From: an uncultured Clostridium sp.
GTDB lineage: Bacteria > Bacillota > Clostridia > Christensenellales > CAG-138
Direction of reading: 5' to 3'
DNA length: 64,000 bases
NCBI GenBank assembly: GCA_900542285.1
Contig: UQNF01000001.1
Location: 8,663-72,662, forward strand
Made by a program: the position numbers and the translations under genes. Positions within the stretch are counted from its first letter, which is position 1, and each line of letters starts with the position of its first letter. The notes beneath the pieces were generated by a model. It saw only the letters and a program-made list of their open reading frames with translations, did not search any database and had not been told where the DNA came from. This document shows, one piece after another, positions 47,540-57,281 of the stretch.

Positions 47540-48826
47540 GTGGTTGTGCAAAAGAGCGACAGTCGTTATCAGTCCTATATAGAAATTTTGAAGTCCGAGC
47601 TTGTCCCGGCCGCAGGCTGCACAGAACCCATTGCCATTGCCTTTGCCGCAGCAAGAGCCAGGCGCATTTTGGGCTGCTTACCCGAAAGGGTCGATATTGT
47701 CGTCAGCGGCAATATCATTAAGAATGTCAAGAGCGTTATTGTTCCCAACACAGGCGGAATGAAGGGTATTGCTGCCGCCGCTGCCGCAGGTATTGCTGCC
47801 GGTGATGATGAGCGTATCCTTGAGGTCATTGCACTGGTTGATGACGAGGGCCGTGCCGGGATCCGAGATTTCCTCGAAAATTGCGAGATAAGCATCAAAC
47901 CCGCCGACAACGATCTCGTATTCGACATAGATATTCGTGAATATCACGGAGATGATCAGGTTCATATCCGTATCATTGATTACCACACCAATATCGTACT
48001 CATTGAAAAGAACGGCGAAGTGCTGTTCGCTGCCGAGACGACGAGCTTTGAAAAAAGCTCCGGTCTTGTGACCGAAAAGGACGCCATGTCCATTATGGAC
48101 ATCATCGATTTTGCGAACACCGTCGATATTTCCGACATCGGAGACACCATAAGAAGACAGATAAGCTACAACTCCGCCATCTCCGCAGAGGGTCTTGCTA
48201 ACGATTACGGTGCAAATGTCGGCAAGATCATTCTTAATACCTACGGCAATGATGTTAAATTCCGTGCAATGGCGGCCCCTGCGGCAGGAAGCGATGCCAG
48301 AATGGGCGGCTGCGAGCTTCCTGTCATCATAGTATCCGGCAGCGGCAATCAGGGCATGACCGCCTCACTTCCCGTTATCGAGTACGCCAAGGAGTATCAC
48401 AAGAGCGAGGAGGAGCTTATCCGCGCCGTCATCGTGTCCGACCTCATCACCATCCACCAGAAATCCTGGATAGGCAGGCTGTCCGCATTCTGCGGCGCGA
48501 TCAGCGCAGGCTGCGGCTCTGCTGCCGGAATTGCATATCTTTTGGGCGGAGATTATGATGTTATTGCCCATACGCTCGTCAATTCGCTTGCAATCGTATC
48601 CGGCATTGTCTGCGACGGAGCAAAGGCCTCCTGTGCAGGAAAGATTGCTGCCGCCGTCAATGCAGGCATTCTCGGCTACAATATGCACCTCAACGGGCAG
48701 CAGTTCTATGCCGGTGACGGTATCGTGTCCAAGGGTGTTGAGGCTACCATCCGCAATGTCGGAAGGCTCGGCCGCGACGGTATGCGTGAGACCGACAAGG
48801 AGATCCTGCGCATAATGACAGAATAA
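47540..48826 (+). CDS. UPF0597/YhaM-type serine dehydratase-alpha-like protein (L-cysteine desulfidase family)
   Basis: ILKSELVPAAGCTEPIAIAFAAA is the conserved N-terminal motif of this family. 428 aa. GTG start. Confidence 0.75.
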   Translation: MVVQKSDSRYQSYIEILKSELVPAAGCTEPIAIAFAAARARRILGCLPERVDIVVSGNIIKNVKSVIVPNTGGMKGIAAAAAAGIAAGDDERILEVIALVDDEGRAGIRDFLENCEISIKPADNDLVFDIDIREYHGDDQVHIRIIDYHTNIVLIEKNGEVLFAAETTSFEKSSGLVTEKDAMSIMDIIDFANTVDISDIGDTIRRQISYNSAISAEGLANDYGANVGKIILNTYGNDVKFRAMAAPAAGSDARMGGCELPVIIVSGSGNQGMTASLPVIEYAKEYHKSEEELIRAVIVSDLITIHQKSWIGRLSAFCGAISAGCGSAAGIAYLLGGDYDVIAHTLVNSLAIVSGIVCDGAKASCAGKIAAAVNAGILGYNMHLNGQQFYAGDGIVSKGVEATIRNVGRLGRDGMRETDKEILRIMTE

Positions 48827-48941
48827 TTCATTAATTATTTCAAATCAAAGGGTTTATGCTTCGTGCGGAAAACCCTTTCATTTTTTTCGCGCCTATTGTA
48901 TAATGGCTGCGCAAAAGATAATGCATGGAGGAATATCGATA

Positions 48942-49658
48942 ATGAAGTATAGACGCATACTGCTCAAGATGAGTGGAGAGGTGCTTTCTGGCAAGACCCC
49001 GATAGATTTTGATAACGTTATGACCGCTGCGGGCTACATCAAGGCGTTGTACGATGTTGGATGCCAAATAGGCGTTGTTGTCGGCGGCGGCAATATGTGG
49101 CGCGGCAGATCCAGCGGCGCAATGGACAGGAGCCGTGCGGACAGCATCGGGATGCTGGCAACCGCTATGAACTCGCTTGCGCTTGAACAGGCACTTATTG
49201 ATTTGAATATTCCTGTCACCGTAATGAGCGCAGTCAGCATGGAGCTTTTCATGGACAACTATTCCGCGAGAGGCGCAAACTCCGCGCTTGACGAAGGCAA
49301 GGTGGTCATCTTTGCCTGCGGCTCCGGATCGCCCTTTTTCTCCACGGATACCGCTGCGGCACTCAGGGCAGCGCAGATCCATGCGGACGCTCTGCTGCTT
49401 GCCAAGGCTGTCGACGGCATCTACACCGCCGACCCCAAGCTTGACCCGACTGCAAAGAGGTATTCGCGCGTAAGCTATGACGTGGTCATCGAAAAGAACC
49501 TTCATGCGACCGATCTGACCGCAATAAGCTTCTGCCGCGAGTATTCAATTCCCATGGTGCTGTTTGCCATGGAATCCGACGAAAGCTTTGTCAATGCCGT
49601 AAACGGCGTCAATGCGGGCACTATCGTGGACTCCGAGCCCGGTTTTGAGCTTGTATGA
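48942..49658 (+). CDS. pyrH: UMP kinase
   Basis: MKYRRILLKMSGEVL...VVGGGNMWRG...FACGSGSPFFSTDTAAALRA. Start at ATG 48942, behind GGAGGA. Confidence 0.95.
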   Translation: MKYRRILLKMSGEVLSGKTPIDFDNVMTAAGYIKALYDVGCQIGVVVGGGNMWRGRSSGAMDRSRADSIGMLATAMNSLALEQALIDLNIPVTVMSAVSMELFMDNYSARGANSALDEGKVVIFACGSGSPFFSTDTAAALRAAQIHADALLLAKAVDGIYTADPKLDPTAKRYSRVSYDVVIEKNLHATDLTAISFCREYSIPMVLFAMESDESFVNAVNGVNAGTIVDSEPGFELV

Positions 49659-49761
49659 ACCATCCGGGCGCTTCGGAAGCTTTTTGAATTAAAAATTATT
49701 GACAATCACAAAATCTTCTTATAAAATAATCTGGTAATACTGTAACAGAAAGGGACTGAAT

Positions 49762-50313
49762 ATGGACGTTATTGAAATCGCACAGGATAAAATGGGCAAA
49801 ACCATTTCCGTTCTCAAGCGTGATTTGGGCTCGCTGCGTGCAGGCAGGGCCAATCCTCAGCTGCTTGACCGCATCGTTGTCGATTATTACGGCACCCCCA
49901 CCCCCATCAACCAGATGGGTACTATAAGCTCACCCGAACCCCGAATGCTCGTTATCTCGCTTTGGGATGCCTCCATGCTTTCCGCAGTTGAAAAGGCTAT
50001 CCAAAAATCCGATCTGGGCATCAATCCTTCCAATGACGGCAAGCTCATCCGCCTTGTTTTCCCCGAGCTGACCGAAGAGCGCCGCAAGGAGCTTGTAAAG
50101 ATCGTCCGTAAGAAGGCGGAGGAAGCCAAGGTTGCCATCCGTGCCATCCGCAGGGAAGCAAATGAAACCATCAAGAAGGACTGCAAGGACGGTAATATCA
50201 CCGAAGACGACCAGAAGAAGCTTGAAGAAAAAGCTCAGAAGGCTACCGACGCCGCTATCAAGGATGTTGACCGTATCTGCGGCGAGAAGGAAAAGGAGCT
50301 GCTGGAGGTTTGA
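49762..50313 (+). CDS. frr: ribosome recycling factor
   Basis: LRAGRANPQLLDRIVVDYYGTPTPINQ...PELTEERRKELVK. Confidence 0.95.
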   Translation: MDVIEIAQDKMGKTISVLKRDLGSLRAGRANPQLLDRIVVDYYGTPTPINQMGTISSPEPRMLVISLWDASMLSAVEKAIQKSDLGINPSNDGKLIRLVFPELTEERRKELVKIVRKKAEEAKVAIRAIRREANETIKKDCKDGNITEDDQKKLEEKAQKATDAAIKDVDRICGEKEKELLEV

Positions 50314-50510
50314 CCGGTCTGCTCGGCTTGCCGCCGGAAAAGGCGGCCGCTATGCTCGAGGCCGAAGGCTATCGGGTGGAAACGGTTGAGGCACGATCCA
50401 GAAAGGGTGTCAACGGCGACAGTCTGCGTGTGATTCGTGTACTCAAACTTGACGAGAAAACCGTTCAGATCACCTATTCCGAATTCTTGACTAACGTTAA
50501 TAGGGCGTGA
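50310..50510 (+). CDS. hypothetical small protein (66 aa), start overlapping the frr stop
   Basis: The TTG start overlaps the frr TGA (TTGA). The sequence LGLPPEKAAAMLEAEGYRVETVEA... is reminiscent of a PASTA-like alpha/beta unit. Coding status is unproven. Confidence 0.4.
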   Translation: MTGLLGLPPEKAAAMLEAEGYRVETVEARSRKGVNGDSLRVIRVLKLDEKTVQITYSEFLTNVNRA

Positions 50511-50539
50511 GGATTCACGTCCTTTTTTGGGTGTAATTT

Positions 50540-51289
50540 ATGAGCATTTACGAAAGATATTCTAACGATGAGCTGGGCATGCTTGGGCTTACCGGAACAC
50601 TGCCCAAGCATGTCGGAATAATCATGGACGGCAACGGTCGCTGGGCAAAGGCAAAGCATATGCCAAGGAGCTTTGGCCATCGCGCCGGAATGGATGCTCT
50701 GCACGAGATAGTTCGCACCTCTCACAGCATAGGGATCGAGGCTCTGACAGTCTATGCCTTTTCCACAGAGAACTGGGGACGGCCCCAAGCGGAGATTAAT
50801 GCTCTTTTTTCGCTCTTGGTTGAGTACTTTTATAAGGAGATTGACGAGCTTGACCAAAACAATGTCCGCATCTTCATATTAGGGGATCTAAGCAGATTTC
50901 AGCCTAAGCTTCGAGAGCTGATTGAGTCAGCCGTCGAACGAACCAAGAATAATACCGGACTGGAGTTCGCAATTGCCCTTAACTACGGTTCAAGGGCGGA
51001 GATCCTGAATGCTATCAAATCTATCGTGAGTGAAGGCATCCTCCCGGAGGAGCTTACCGAGGACTCCGTTTCCCGACGGCTGTATACGGGAGTAATGCAC
51101 TGTCCCGACCCCGACCTCATCATTCGTACGGCAGGCGAACAGAGGCTTTCCAATTTCCTGCTATGGCAGGCTGCCTACTCCGAGTTTGTGTTCACTGATA
51201 CAGCTTTCCCGGACTTCACTCCGGAAGTTTATATCGGCTGTATCAAGGAATTCATGCAGAGAACGAGAAGATTCGGCAAAGTATTATAG
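50540..51289 (+). CDS. uppS: isoprenyl transferase (undecaprenyl diphosphate synthase)
   Basis: HVGIIMDGNGRWA...YAFSTENWGRP...IRTAGEQRLSNFLLWQ. Confidence 0.95.
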   Translation: MSIYERYSNDELGMLGLTGTLPKHVGIIMDGNGRWAKAKHMPRSFGHRAGMDALHEIVRTSHSIGIEALTVYAFSTENWGRPQAEINALFSLLVEYFYKEIDELDQNNVRIFILGDLSRFQPKLRELIESAVERTKNNTGLEFAIALNYGSRAEILNAIKSIVSEGILPEELTEDSVSRRLYTGVMHCPDPDLIIRTAGEQRLSNFLLWQAAYSEFVFTDTAFPDFTPEVYIGCIKEFMQRTRRFGKVL

Positions 51290-51383
51290 GCCCTTCCGTT
51301 ATCGTTAACATTGAATTGATAATCGAGTAATACAAACTCTTTTGACCGCTTCGACGGAATAATTATTATCAAGGAAACACATC

Positions 51384-52193
51384 ATGAAAAGCTTGCCAAT
51401 TCGCACCGTTTTTGCCGTTCTGCTCATCGGCCTTCTTGCGCTCGTACTCTGGCTCGGAGGCTGGGTCCAGGCCATCGTCCTCGGACTGTTCAGCGTTATT
51501 GCAGTCCATGAAATGACCGATATTTTCAGAAATAAGGATATTCATCCTTTCTCCATTCCGCTGCTCATTATGGGAGGAACGGAATACATCGTGCTGTATA
51601 AGCTTGGCACTTCATGGCTTCTGCTGCTTGCGGTTCTTGTCTTCTTTGCCCTGATGATAGAGCGAATACTTAATCCCAAGCGCACCACCTTGGATCTCGT
51701 TGCTTCGCTTGGCATCATGATCTATCCGCTTTCGATGCTGCTTTGCCTGGGTGCGGTCGGCTTCGGAAGAACAGACTATTCGCGCATGGCTCTGTTCTGC
51801 TGCTTCGCAGGCCCTTGCATGGCGGATAACGCCGCCTATATGATAGGCTCTGTTTTTGGCAAGCATAAGCTCTGCCCTGCAATCAGCCCGAACAAGACCA
51901 TCGAAGGCGCCGTAAGCGGAGTTATTTTCGGAGCACTCGGCGGTGTGCTTGCGTATTATGTTCAAAAGCTGTGGGGATTTGATATCTCCATCTGGTTCTA
52001 CATCATTGTTTGCTTTATCGGAGGCATCATCGGCCAATTCGGCGATCTTCTGTCCTCCACATTCAAGCGCTGGGCAGGAGTTAAGGATTTCGGCAATCTC
52101 ATCCCCGGCCACGGCGGCGCCATGGACAGGCTTGACAGCGCAATGATCGCCGCACCCATGGTTTTGGCTGCATTCACTCTATTCATCAAGTAA
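51384..52193 (+). CDS. cdsA: phosphatidate cytidylyltransferase
   Basis: Polytopic membrane protein. C-terminal signature SxFKRxxGVKDFGNLIPGHGGAMDRLDS. Confidence 0.9.
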   Translation: MKSLPIRTVFAVLLIGLLALVLWLGGWVQAIVLGLFSVIAVHEMTDIFRNKDIHPFSIPLLIMGGTEYIVLYKLGTSWLLLLAVLVFFALMIERILNPKRTTLDLVASLGIMIYPLSMLLCLGAVGFGRTDYSRMALFCCFAGPCMADNAAYMIGSVFGKHKLCPAISPNKTIEGAVSGVIFGALGGVLAYYVQKLWGFDISIWFYIIVCFIGGIIGQFGDLLSSTFKRWAGVKDFGNLIPGHGGAMDRLDSAMIAAPMVLAAFTLFIK

Positions 52194-52204
52194 AAGGAGT
52201 TATT

Positions 52205-53368
52205 ATGAAAAACCTTGCTGTTTTCGGCTCTACCGGCTCCATTGGCAGGCAGACGCTTTCCGTTGCTCAATTTCATAGGGACGAGTTCACGGTAAAGGCA
52301 CTGGCAGCAGGTAATAATGTACAGCTGATGCTGGAGCAAATAGAGCAGTTTCATCCGCATTTCGTAGGAATGAGTTCCCCTGACGCAGCCAGGGAAATAC
52401 GCGAAAAGCATCCCGAGATCATCGTTGTAAGCGGTGAAGAGGTAAACATGCTCGCTTCGCTCCACGAAGTCGATATTGTTGTTAACGGTGTTAATGGGTT
52501 TGCAGGGCTTGCGCCGCTCATCGCTGCACTGAAGGCCGGAAAGACCGTGGCACTTGCGAACAAGGAGAGCATAGTCTGTGCTCATCACGTTGTGAATAGC
52601 ATACTTGCTGAATTCGGCGGAAAGATAATTCCCGTTGACAGCGAGCAGAGCGCGATCTTCCAATGCCTCTCTGCCGGAAGGCGTGAGGACGTAAAGCGTC
52701 TGGTGCTGACCGCTTCCGGCGGAATGTTCCGTGAATTTACCAAAGAAGAGTTATCAAAAGTAACTCCCGAAATGGCGCTTAATCATCCGACATGGAGCAT
52801 GGGCGGAAAAATCACCATTGATTCATCATCCATGTTCAACAAGGGTCTGGAGCTGATGGAGGCAGGTTGGCTGTTCGATTTCAAACCGGATAGTATTAGT
52901 ATACTTATACATCCGCAGTCCGTAGTGCATTCTATGGTTGAGTACATAGACGGCTCCATGATTGCGCAGCTTAGCCGGCCCGATATGAGGCTTGCTATCC
53001 AGTACGCCCTCACCTATCCGGCGAGGATACCTTCGGAGCTTCCGAAGTTTGACCTTACCAAGCTCTCCGGCCTAACGTTTTTTGAACCCGATGGCGAAAA
53101 ATTCCCTGCCATTCCTTTAGCGTATGCCGCTTTTCGTGAAGGCGACTCGCTCCCGATCGCATATAATGCCGCAAACGAGGTCGCCGTCCGCTATTTTGTT
53201 GAAAGGAAGCTGAGCTTTACCGGTATTGCTGCCTGTGTTGAAGCGGTTATGAACCGCATAATCTGTGGCAGCAGGGTTGATACCATCGAGAAGGTTTACT
53301 ACCTTGACGGCGAAGCCAGGCGTGTGGCAGAGGAGTTCTGCAGCAAACACATCGGTGTTGATTTATAA
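52205..53368 (+). CDS. dxr: 1-deoxy-D-xylulose 5-phosphate reductoisomerase
   Basis: LAVFGSTGSIGRQTL...LANKESIV...NHPTWSMGGKITIDSSSMFNKGLE. Confidence 0.95.
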   Translation: MKNLAVFGSTGSIGRQTLSVAQFHRDEFTVKALAAGNNVQLMLEQIEQFHPHFVGMSSPDAAREIREKHPEIIVVSGEEVNMLASLHEVDIVVNGVNGFAGLAPLIAALKAGKTVALANKESIVCAHHVVNSILAEFGGKIIPVDSEQSAIFQCLSAGRREDVKRLVLTASGGMFREFTKEELSKVTPEMALNHPTWSMGGKITIDSSSMFNKGLELMEAGWLFDFKPDSISILIHPQSVVHSMVEYIDGSMIAQLSRPDMRLAIQYALTYPARIPSELPKFDLTKLSGLTFFEPDGEKFPAIPLAYAAFREGDSLPIAYNAANEVAVRYFVERKLSFTGIAACVEAVMNRIICGSRVDTIEKVYYLDGEARRVAEEFCSKHIGVDL

Positions 53369-53391
53369 TATTATTAGGGGGAAAGAATACG

Positions 53392-54468
53392 ATGCTAAAC
53401 ATTATACTTGCCATATTGGTTCTGGCATTCCTGATTTTCTTTCACGAGCTGGGACATTTTACCGTTGGAAAGCTGCTTGGCTTCAGAGTCTTGGGCTTCT
53501 CAATGGGTTTCGGCCCTGCTCTGGTGAAGTTTAAAAAGGGTGATACAGAATACGCCCTGCGTGCCATTCCCTTCGGCGGCTCATGTCAGTTTGACGGTGA
53601 AGACGAGGATGCGGAGACCGACCCGAAACGTTTCAACGCTCAGCCGGTATGGAAGCGTTTTCTGGTAATTCTCGCCGGTCCCTTCATGAATGTTCTGCTT
53701 GCTTTCCTTATCGCGTTCATTCTCATGCTCGCGGTTCCCATGCCCGTCTATGCCGTCGATGCCGGTTCCGGTGACAACATACCCTATATCGTTGATGTGG
53801 TTGAGGGCAGCGCAGCCGAAAAAGCGGGTATCCTCCCCGGCGACATAGTTATTGCTGTGGACGGCAAAAACACCATGGATGCCAACGATGGCATTGAATC
53901 CACCGATGCGCTGGTAGCACTAATCGGTGAGGCAGGTAATGACCTTTACATCACCTTGGAACGAAACGGTATCATCAATACGCTATTTGTACATGGTGTT
54001 TATTCATCAGAGCTCGGCAGGAATCAGCTTGGCATTAGCATCGCAGCAGTTATTGAAAACACCAAGCACCTTACGGTAGATAAGGCATTTACGGGTTCAT
54101 TTGAATACCTTGGACAGATAATTACCGCAACAGCCAAAGGAATTGACAGCATGTTCAAAAACGGCATTCATCAGGGAGATGTGTCCGGCGTTGTAGGCAC
54201 TGTTGCTATCATGGCGGATGTTGCAAACGATGGACTAATTAACCTTGTCTATATTGCTGTGATCCTTTCGCTGAGTCTTGGACTTTTCAACCTCATCCCC
54301 TTCCCTGCACTGGACGGCGGGAGGCTGCTGTTCCTTGTGATAGAAGCGATCAAGGGCAAACCGCTTAACAGAAAGGTCGAGGGTATTGTCAATGCCATTG
54401 GGCTTGGGCTTCTGTTCCTGCTGATGATAGTTGTTACAGTATCCGATGTGATAGGATTGTTCAAATGA
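53392..54468 (+). CDS. rseP: RIP metalloprotease RseP/RasP (site-2 protease, M50, PDZ domain)
   Basis: HELGHF zinc motif near the N-terminus. PDZ-like middle (GSAAEKAGILPGDIV). C-terminal NLIPFPALDGG. Confidence 0.9.
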   Translation: MLNIILAILVLAFLIFFHELGHFTVGKLLGFRVLGFSMGFGPALVKFKKGDTEYALRAIPFGGSCQFDGEDEDAETDPKRFNAQPVWKRFLVILAGPFMNVLLAFLIAFILMLAVPMPVYAVDAGSGDNIPYIVDVVEGSAAEKAGILPGDIVIAVDGKNTMDANDGIESTDALVALIGEAGNDLYITLERNGIINTLFVHGVYSSELGRNQLGISIAAVIENTKHLTVDKAFTGSFEYLGQIITATAKGIDSMFKNGIHQGDVSGVVGTVAIMADVANDGLINLVYIAVILSLSLGLFNLIPFPALDGGRLLFLVIEAIKGKPLNRKVEGIVNAIGLGLLFLLMIVVTVSDVIGLFK

Positions 54469-54477
54469 TATTGCGCA

Positions 54478-54514
54478 GACTCTCCGGCATTTTTCCTGCC
54501 GGAGAGTATCTTTT
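54478..54514 (+). terminator. rho-independent terminator after rseP
   Basis: ACTCTCCGGCA-TTTTTCC-TGCCGGAGAGT (11-bp stem) followed by ATCTTTTC. Confidence 0.7.
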
Positions 54515-54526
54515 CAATCTATTCGG

Positions 54527-54985
54527 TCAAGACGGTTGTATTACTCCGCAGGCGATGCGCGCTCCCGCGTTCCCTGCAGGCTGGGAGGTAAAGTCATCCA
54601 TGCCTTCATGTATTATCACTGTCCTTCCGATGACCTCCCAAGGGGTGAAACTGCCGGTCAGTACGGCAAGATATGCCCTCGCACCGCAGCCTATTAATGG
54701 CGGCAGATCCCCTGCGTGATGCGGATGGACGCAATCGCCCTTGCTGAAATGCGCACCTGCTCCGGAAAAACCTTCACCGCTGCACGCGCTCCCCTCGTGA
54801 ATATGCAAAGCAAAGAACCTGCTTCCGCAGTTCCCTTCGGCTCTCGGCAAGCCGTTTACCCTTACAGAAAGCAAGCTTCCGTCCCTTTCGGGGTAGATAT
54901 ACATAATTCCGCTTATGCTGCTTCCCGCAGCCTCTCCGGTAATCTTTGCATAGGCAGCCGGTCTTCCAAAAAAACTATCGAACAT
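54527..54985 (-). CDS. Cu/Zn superoxide dismutase family protein without signal peptide
   Basis: FALHIHEG (HxH), GAHF, HPHHAGDLPPL, VIIHEGMDD and GARIACGVI match the SodC ligand pattern. The N-terminus MFDSFFGRPAAYAK is not hydrophobic. Confidence 0.75.
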   Translation of the reverse strand: MFDSFFGRPAAYAKITGEAAGSSISGIMYIYPERDGSLLSVRVNGLPRAEGNCGSRFFALHIHEGSACSGEGFSGAGAHFSKGDCVHPHHAGDLPPLIGCGARAYLAVLTGSFTPWEVIGRTVIIHEGMDDFTSQPAGNAGARIACGVIQPS

Positions 54986-55142
54986 ATTGCATCCTCCTTA
55001 ATTAAGAGGTATGCAGATCGGCCCGGATAGATGTATCCTTTTTCCGCTAAAAGGCTGAATTGTGCTTGAAATATGCTGCGTTATTTATTATAATAGGAGA
55101 TAGTCCCGAAAAAGGTCATGCGAAAACAAAAAGGAGATAAGT

Positions 55143-55904
55143 ATGTCCTCTGAATCCGACAACAGTATTCCCGAAACTCCGGAGAAGCAGCCTGCTTCGG
55201 AGTCCTCAGGTTCCATACACTCAGGACACAGAAAAAGGGTGAGAGACCGATTCCTATCCCACGGCTGCAGGCTGAGCGGCCAGTACTACGAGCATCAGGT
55301 GCTTGAAATGCTGCTGTTCTATACCAACGCCCGAGGAGATGTAAATCCGCTTGCCCATAAGCTTATCGATAGATTCGGCTCGCTGTATAATGTGATTAAT
55401 GCAGACATATCGGAGCTTGCACGCTTCGGTCTTTCTGAAAACACCATCATGCTGCTAAAGCTTGCAAATGCTATCCCTGCCTATGCCGAAGAGCAGATGT
55501 ACCGTCAGGACTCCTTCTCCAACCTGGACTCCATTATGAGATTCTGCTTTAAGCTGCTCGGGAATTGCGCCGAAGAGAGGGTATGCGTCATATGCCTTGG
55601 TGCAGGGAATAGACTTTTGCACTACGAACTGTTGGATGAAGGCAGCCCCGACAAGACATCCTTCCCTCGCAGGCGCATAACTGAAATCGCACTGCGCTAT
55701 CACGCAGTCAACCTTGTGATTGCGCACAATCATCCTTCAAAGACCTGTGTTCCCTCTTCGGATGACATCGAAAGCACACAGGAGCTGTATCAGCTTCTGC
55801 GGGATCTTGACATCAACCTTGTAGAACATATTATCGTCGCCAATCCCTGCTGCTATGCAATACTAAAGCAATACACGAAGGATTTGCGCAGCGGTAATCC
55901 CTGA
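55143..55904 (+). CDS. radC: RadC-family JAB domain protein
   Basis: HRKRVRDRF, HhH-like region, and C-terminal JAMM-like IAHNHPSKTCVPSSDD. Confidence 0.8.
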   Translation: MSSESDNSIPETPEKQPASESSGSIHSGHRKRVRDRFLSHGCRLSGQYYEHQVLEMLLFYTNARGDVNPLAHKLIDRFGSLYNVINADISELARFGLSENTIMLLKLANAIPAYAEEQMYRQDSFSNLDSIMRFCFKLLGNCAEERVCVICLGAGNRLLHYELLDEGSPDKTSFPRRRITEIALRYHAVNLVIAHNHPSKTCVPSSDDIESTQELYQLLRDLDINLVEHIIVANPCCYAILKQYTKDLRSGNP

Positions 55905-55920
55905 CATCGGACTCTGATCG

Positions 55921-56520
55921 CTAATCGATCCTTCTCAGCGTAGGCAGTATTCCGATATTCTTCAGCATTCTGTACAGAATCGGAAGCGGCAGACCGATTA
56001 TCGTGAAGTAATTTCCGCATATGCTCTCGACAAACATTCCGAACGGTCCCTGTATTCCGTATGCGCCTGCCTTATCGGTCGGCTCGCCGGATGCAACGTA
56101 CGCATTTATCTCATCATCTGCGAGGGTGCAGAACCTGACCTCGGTCGTGCTGACATCTTGCTGGACGGAACCCCGCGAAATGACCGCAATACCGGTATGC
56201 ACCGTATGTGTGTTGCCCGAAAGCTTTTTCAGTATTCCGACAGCATCCTTCTCATCTCTGGGCTTTCCGATTATCTCGCCGTTGAATGCAACGACCGTAT
56301 CAGAGCCCACTACCGCAAGCTCACTCGGATCCGTTCCTTCTGCGATCAGTCTGTCGTAGACTTCTCTCGCTTTCTTTTCCGCCAAGGCGGATACCAGCTT
56401 TTGTGGGTCATGCTCCATGATGTTTTCATCGGCATTGCTCACAACTATTTCATAATCATATCCGCACATGCTCATCAGCTCACGCCTGCGCTGTGAAGAG
56501 CTTGCAAGAACGAGTCGCAT
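55921..56520 (-). CDS. maf: Maf-like nucleoside triphosphate pyrophosphatase
   Basis: MRLVLASSSQRRRELM...GSDTVV...DKAGAYGIQG. Confidence 0.9.
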   Translation of the reverse strand: MRLVLASSSQRRRELMSMCGYDYEIVVSNADENIMEHDPQKLVSALAEKKAREVYDRLIAEGTDPSELAVVGSDTVVAFNGEIIGKPRDEKDAVGILKKLSGNTHTVHTGIAVISRGSVQQDVSTTEVRFCTLADDEINAYVASGEPTDKAGAYGIQGPFGMFVESICGNYFTIIGLPLPILYRMLKNIGILPTLRRID

Positions 56521-56672
56521 ATATTACTTTTTCCTTTCATTTTGGACACTTTTTTGGCTCAATTCGCCGCATACAGATTCTAACAAAAAAACTAAGGCCT
56601 TGCAAGTGATTAGGTTTGATCCTTTGGTGGGGCTATTTGGTAAAAAAGTACATAAAAAATGCAGTAAAAGTG

Positions 56673-56701
56673 TTGACAATTATTAATCACGAGTGTACAA
56701 T
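56673..56701 (+). promoter_or_regulatory. sigma-A promoter of the dcw cluster (Pmra)
   Basis: TTGACA (56673-56678), 17 nt, TACAAT (56696-56701). It lies about 70 nt upstream of mraZ. Confidence 0.6.
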
Positions 56702-56771
56702 AAGGTTGCGGAGGCAATTATCCCCTGTTTTGTGCTCCGTTAATATATTTTCACGTCGAAAGGAGCACGGT

Positions 56772-57281
56772 ATGAGCGCGGTCGATTTCTCAAATCCCAG
56801 ATACTTTGGACAAGCCACGATCTCCGTTGACTCCAAAGGACGAATCTTTATCCCTACAAAATGGCATGATCAGATCGGTGAATCGGTCATACTGCACATT
56901 GGCCTGAGCAGAATGGGCAGCGGCAGATATCTTGAGTTGACGACTCCTGAGGTGTTCGACGCCTTTATTGACAGGCTGGATGCCCTGCCTTCCACAAACC
57001 GAAGGTTCGATCAGCTAAAGAGCATGATCCTCGGTAACAGCGAAAAGATTTTTCTTGACAAGCAGTCCCGAATCCTGCTTCCCAAAAATCTAATTGAATA
57101 TGCGAATCTCGGAAGCGAGATAACCCTTGTCGGCAACGGCAAATATCTCCAGCTTTGGGCTCCCGATGCATACAAGCGTTCCGAAGAGGCCTACGATCAC
57201 AGCAGCCTCTGCAACGATCTTGACAGTCTGAACAGCGAGATCGACGGCCTGTTTGGTTACGGAGGTGCGGTGAATGGCTGA
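56772..57281 (+). CDS. mraZ: transcriptional regulator MraZ (with N- and C-terminal extensions)
   Basis: Start at ATG 56772, behind AAGGAG. Two SpoVT-AbrB-like halves ([13 protein letters not shown] and [13 protein letters not shown]). 169 aa, versus about 143-152 aa typically. Confidence 0.85.
   Translation: MSAVDFSNPRYFGQATISVDSKGRIFIPTKWHDQIGESVILHIGLSRMGSGRYLELTTPEVFDAFIDRLDALPSTNRRFDQLKSMILGNSEKIFLDKQSRILLPKNLIEYANLGSEITLVGNGKYLQLWAPDAYKRSEEAYDHSSLCNDLDSLNSEIDGLFGYGGAVNG

Noticed and set aside
56521-56672. MraZ-box direct repeats upstream of Pmra (two TTTGGT units 13 nt apart at about 56622-56640).
   Set aside because: Only two imperfect units are present, with non-helical spacing. They do not match the GTGG-type repeat series known for MraZ operators.
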